Of a DNA stretch of 64,000 bases, positions 60,701 to 64,000 are shown one piece after another. This stretch comes from an uncultured Rikenellaceae bacterium. GTDB lineage: Bacteria; Bacteroidota; Bacteroidia; Bacteroidales; Rikenellaceae. The DNA is taken from the NCBI GenBank assembly GCA_944415565.1, contig CALYBQ010000005.1, forward strand, positions 106,061 through 170,060. The letters run 5' to 3'. The notes beneath the pieces are model-generated. The model was not told the DNA's origin. It saw only the letters and a list, made by a program, of their open reading frames with translations, and did not search any database. Each line of letters begins with the position of its first letter. The stretch's first letter is position 1. The position numbers were made by a program, and so were the translations under genes.

Positions 60701-62425
60701 ATGAAACTGCGAAACAGACTGACGTTAGGTATCGGAATACTGTTTGTCATGATTTTACTGCTCGGAATCCAATCGGTCAGATATGTCAGGCAGCTATCCG
60801 TTTCATCGAAAGACATATTGGCCGACAACTATAATTCGGTACGCTATGTAGGCGATATGCTCCGCTCGCTCGACCGTCTGTCCCAAGATTCCACCTCGCA
60901 TGCTGCATTGATAAGCAGCCTTGCCCTCCAGCAACAGAACATCACCGAGGTCAACGAGAAAGAAGTAACGGGCGCTTTAGTAGAGAAAATAAAAGAGTTA
61001 GCCGACTCGGTGAACATGCCCCAAATACAGCAGATAAGGGACGACCTATACCGGATCATGGAAATGAATATGGCCTCGATCAGGGCGAAAAGCTCCGAGA
61101 TGGAGTCAAGCGCGGACGATGCGGTGCAATGGCTGACGATAATCGCCGTTCTGTGCATAGTCCTTGCAGCAATATTCTTGGTACGTTTCCCGTCGATAAT
61201 CCTGCGCCCGATAGACAAGCTTAAACAAGGGATCACCCAGATCGCCAACCATAATTACGAGGAACGGCTCGATTTCGGGAATAACCGGGAGTTCGGCGAG
61301 GTGGCGAAATCGTTCAACGACATGGCACGCAAACTGTCGGAATACAGGCGTAGCTCGCTCGACAGACTCATGGCCGAAAAAAAACGCATAGAGGCCATAG
61401 TCAACAGTCTACACGAGCCTATCATAGGGCTCGGCCCCGACCGGACCATTCTGTTCATGAACGACGAGGCATTTTCGATACTCAACCTAAAACGCGGAAA
61501 TGTCATAGGACGCAACGCGACAGATATAGCATTGAACAACGACCTGTTGCGGCGTCTCATACGCGAACTATACTCAGAAAAGAAAGAAGACGACCAGCAA
61601 CACGAACCGCTGAAGATATATACAGACAATAAGGAGAGTTATTTCCAGATGGACAACATCCCGCTGTACATAACCCCTGTCGGCGAACAAAACCAGCAGT
61701 TCGTCGGCAATCTGATAATACTCAACAATATAACCAAATACAAGGAATTGGATTCGGCGAAAACGAACTTTATTTCCACGGTATCGCACGAAATGAAAAC
61801 GCCCATATCCTCAATATTGATGAGCCTGCAACTTTTAGGAGATACACGTTTAGGAACCCTCAACGAAGAACAACAACAGCTTATAGGGAGCATTAAGGAC
61901 AGCAGCGACCGCCTGCTGAATATAACGGGCGAATTGCTCAACCTGTCGCAGGTCGAATCGGGCAAATTAAAACTGATGCCTAAGATCGTAAAACCTATCG
62001 AGCTGATAGATTATGCCGTAAAAGCCACACAAGTATTGGCAGAGCGTTTCCACTGTTTTATCGAGGTAGAATACCCAGAAAAGATCGCGAAACTGTTCGT
62101 AGACAACGAAAAAATAGCATGGGTGATCACGAACCTGTTATCCAATGCCATACACCATTCTCCGGAAAATTCGCGTATAATCATAGGTGCGTCACAGCAT
62201 AACAAGCGTGTGGACATATATGTACAGGATTTCGGACGCGGCATCGACCCTCGATACCACAAGAGCATATTCGACCGTTACTTCCGTGTCCCCGGGACCA
62301 AAGTGCAGGGAAGTGGGCTGGGACTCGCCATTTCCAAAGAATTCGTGGAAGCACATGGAGGGACGATCTCTGTAGCGAGCGAAATAGGGAAAGGAAGCCG
62401 ATTTACAATATCGTTGCCGTCTTAA
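60701..62425 (+). CDS. membrane sensor histidine kinase (kinase half of a split KdpD)
   Basis: Two TM segments, HAMP, HisKA (VSHEMKTPISSI), HATPase_c (GSGLGLAISKEFVEAHGG). Starts 1 nt after the sensor gene. Confidence 0.8.
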   Translation: MKLRNRLTLGIGILFVMILLLGIQSVRYVRQLSVSSKDILADNYNSVRYVGDMLRSLDRLSQDSTSHAALISSLALQQQNITEVNEKEVTGALVEKIKELADSVNMPQIQQIRDDLYRIMEMNMASIRAKSSEMESSADDAVQWLTIIAVLCIVLAAIFLVRFPSIILRPIDKLKQGITQIANHNYEERLDFGNNREFGEVAKSFNDMARKLSEYRRSSLDRLMAEKKRIEAIVNSLHEPIIGLGPDRTILFMNDEAFSILNLKRGNVIGRNATDIALNNDLLRRLIRELYSEKKEDDQQHEPLKIYTDNKESYFQMDNIPLYITPVGEQNQQFVGNLIILNNITKYKELDSAKTNFISTVSHEMKTPISSILMSLQLLGDTRLGTLNEEQQQLIGSIKDSSDRLLNITGELLNLSQVESGKLKLMPKIVKPIELIDYAVKATQVLAERFHCFIEVEYPEKIAKLFVDNEKIAWVITNLLSNAIHHSPENSRIIIGASQHNKRVDIYVQDFGRGIDPRYHKSIFDRYFRVPGTKVQGSGLGLAISKEFVEAHGGTISVASEIGKGSRFTISLPS

Positions 62426-62649
62426 ATTAAGCACTCTCTTTTAGGCAATTACATAAAGGGTAAGGCAAAATAAGTTTTGGATGGGCGTCCGTCACGATAT
62501 GGAATTGATGGTAAAACAGCAGGTAGCGGGGATTCATAACGTAATAAAGTGAATGGAATTCGATCCGATTTAATACGCATTTTTAGGGTTAAAACCAAGC
62601 AGATCGCCCTCCCCCCCTTCATTGATGTTAGTATTTCATGATCCTGCAC

Positions 62650-62699
62650 AGAAGAAACTCCAATTGGCTTCCAGTCAATTGGAGTTTCTTCTTTTTTGT
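62650..62699 (+). terminator. rho-independent terminator after the kinase gene
   Basis: Perfect 17-bp stem agaagaaactccaattg / caattggagtttcttct with a 9-nt loop, followed by TTTTTTG. Confidence 0.75.
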
Positions 62700-62818
62700 G
62701 CCTAAAACGAGGCTCGCAGAATCAAAAATAGCCCAATTATTAAAAAATGTTTTTATACCAACCACTATATAAATAAAAAAGGCTCAATTTTTATGTACAT
62801 ATTTATGAACAAACAGGC

Positions 62819-62861
62819 AAAATAAAAATCGCAGCTAACTGTTTTTCAGTTAGCTGCGATT
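62819..62861 (-). terminator. rho-independent terminator downstream of tRNA-Cys (minus strand)
   Basis: 15-bp stem aatcgcagctaactg / cagttagctgcgatt with loop TTTTT. On the minus strand it is followed by TTTATTT. Confidence 0.7.
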
Positions 62862-62868
62862 CATCAAG

Positions 62869-62939
62869 AGGTCTGAAGCGGATTCGAACCGCTGTACGAG
62901 GTTTTGCAGACCTCTGCCTAGCCACTCGGCCATCAGACC
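62869..62939 (-). tRNA. tRNA-Cys (anticodon GCA)
   Basis: Minus-strand fold. Acceptor GGTCTGA/TCAGACC, 3-bp D-stem with a GAGTGGCTA loop, anticodon stem GAGGT/ACCTC with loop CTGCAAA, T-arm AGCGG-TTCGAAT-CCGCT. 71 nt. Confidence 0.8.
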
Positions 62940-63054
62940 TTTCGATTTCGAGTTGCAAATATAAGGATTTTTAAATACTATCCAAAATAGAACCAACACT
63001 TGTCAGTAACTTACGGCTTTTTTATATCTTTACGACTCGGAAACACCCGCTCCA

Positions 63055-64000
63055 ATGATCGTAGACGACATAGCTCTTACCTTGCAACCACGTATCGGAC
63101 CGCGTACGGCGGCCCATTTGCTTGCATGTTTCAAAAGTGCCGAAAACATATATTCGGCATCGGTCGAAGAGTTGACAATAAAGGCCGAACTTAACCCCGA
63201 ACTAGCAAGACAAATCGCAGCAAAGACATGTCATCGCCAAGCCGAAGCGGAGCTATCATACTGCACGAAACACGGGATAGTCCCTATCGCTTCCGATTCG
63301 GGACAATACCCTGCATTGCTAAAAGAGTGCAACGATTTTCCGCACGTTTTATACTACAAAGGCGACATCTCCGCACTCGGTACGCGCCGGATGTTATCTA
63401 TGGCGGGTACACGCAAAATGACATCGTACGGACAAAAGACCTGCGACCGCATAATATCCGACCTGTCGACTGTATGTCCTGACGCCGTAATCGTCAGCGG
63501 CCTCGCCTATGGTGTAGACGGAGCATGTCATAGGGCCGCATTGGCATACGGACTCACTACTGTAGCCGTCCTGCCGAATCCCGTGACGACGATATACCCG
63601 TCGCAACACACGAGGCTGGCGGAAGAGATCATGGTACGCGGCGGCGGTATCCTGTCGGAATACCACTCCGGCATGAAAATGAAAGGAGTTACGTTCATCG
63701 CCCGCAACCGCATAATAGCAGGGATGGGGGCCGGCACTATAATAGTGGAATCCCCAGCCAAGGGCGGCTCGATGATAACTGCAAGATTAGCACACGGATA
63801 CGACCGTAGCGTAATGGCCATCCCCGGACGCATCGGGGACACATATTCCGAGGGGACGAACAAACTGATAGCCTCCGAAATAGCACGCATGGTATGCTCA
63901 GCCGAAGACATCACGCGTGAATTGGGATGGGAGACGTCGGGAATGGCCGCACCTGCCGAGCCGGACACATCGTCCCTGAGCAAAGACGCGGCGGCACTGT
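63055..64000 (+). CDS. dprA: DNA-processing protein DprA (SMF family), 3' end beyond window
   Basis: Open frame from the ATG at 63055 to the window end. MIVDDIALTLQPRIGPRTAAHLL... with the Rossmann-like core GTRKMTSYG...VIVSGLAYGVDGACH. Confidence 0.8.
   Translation, partial: MIVDDIALTLQPRIGPRTAAHLLACFKSAENIYSASVEELTIKAELNPELARQIAAKTCHRQAEAELSYCTKHGIVPIASDSGQYPALLKECNDFPHVLYYKGDISALGTRRMLSMAGTRKMTSYGQKTCDRIISDLSTVCPDAVIVSGLAYGVDGACHRAALAYGLTTVAVLPNPVTTIYPSQHTRLAEEIMVRGGGILSEYHSGMKMKGVTFIARNRIIAGMGAGTIIVESPAKGGSMITARLAHGYDRSVMAIPGRIGDTYSEGTNKLIASEIARMVCSAEDITRELGWETSGMAAPAEPDTSSLSKDAAAL

Noticed and set aside
1-64000. CRISPR arrays, insertion sequences, rRNA operons, prophage genes
   Set aside because: No regularly spaced direct repeats, terminal inverted repeats with transposase, rRNA-like sequence, or phage structural or integrase genes were seen anywhere in the window.

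Overview
This 64 kb window looks like a high-GC (~52-55% by eye) Bacteroidales-type chromosome segment, densely packed with core metabolic genes. The one clear exception is a small AT-rich accessory islet beside a tRNA-Thr gene. No rRNA, CRISPR array, transposase or integrase was found.

Reading left to right, the window contains:
- an ECF sigma / anti-sigma / PorT-like beta-barrel / DUF4252-like module
- a GNAT acetyltransferase interrupted by an in-frame TGA
- a secreted HExxH peptidase of the 'basic secretory protein' type
- dsbD
- a cstA / hypothetical / TIGR01212-type radical SAM operon
- tRNA-Thr(CGT) followed by a ~2 kb islet of ~32% GC, encoding a signal-peptide Cys-rich NVEALA-like peptide, a beta-propeller lipoprotein and a CxxC thioredoxin-like lipoprotein
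- ubiX, a polysaccharide deacetylase, asd and efp
- two orphan lipoproteins
- the oadGAB Na+-decarboxylase operon divergent from pflB-pflA-focA
- NDH-2, a CorC/HlyC transporter, fldA, and an NfeD-flotillin operon
- a Gfo/Idh/MocA oxidoreductase plus an alpha-galactosidase-like glycoside hydrolase, with an adjacent AraC regulator broken by an in-frame TAA
- a MATE exporter
- a complete Pho regulon on the minus strand (porin, pstSCAB, phoU, phoB-like, phoR-like) with Pho-box-like direct repeats
- a divergent 2-aminoethylphosphonate utilisation locus (transporter, phnX, phnW)
- an AT-rich gap holding a ferredoxin-like micro-ORF
- a sigma-54-type response regulator
- three tandem KdpF-like micro-ORFs, then kdpABC, an outer-membrane beta-barrel, a split KdpD (sensor domain and histidine kinase as separate genes), tRNA-Cys, and the start of dprA

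The most interesting candidate is the tRNA-adjacent three-gene secreted cassette (peptide, propeller lipoprotein, redoxin-like lipoprotein). It looks horizontally acquired and has no assigned function.
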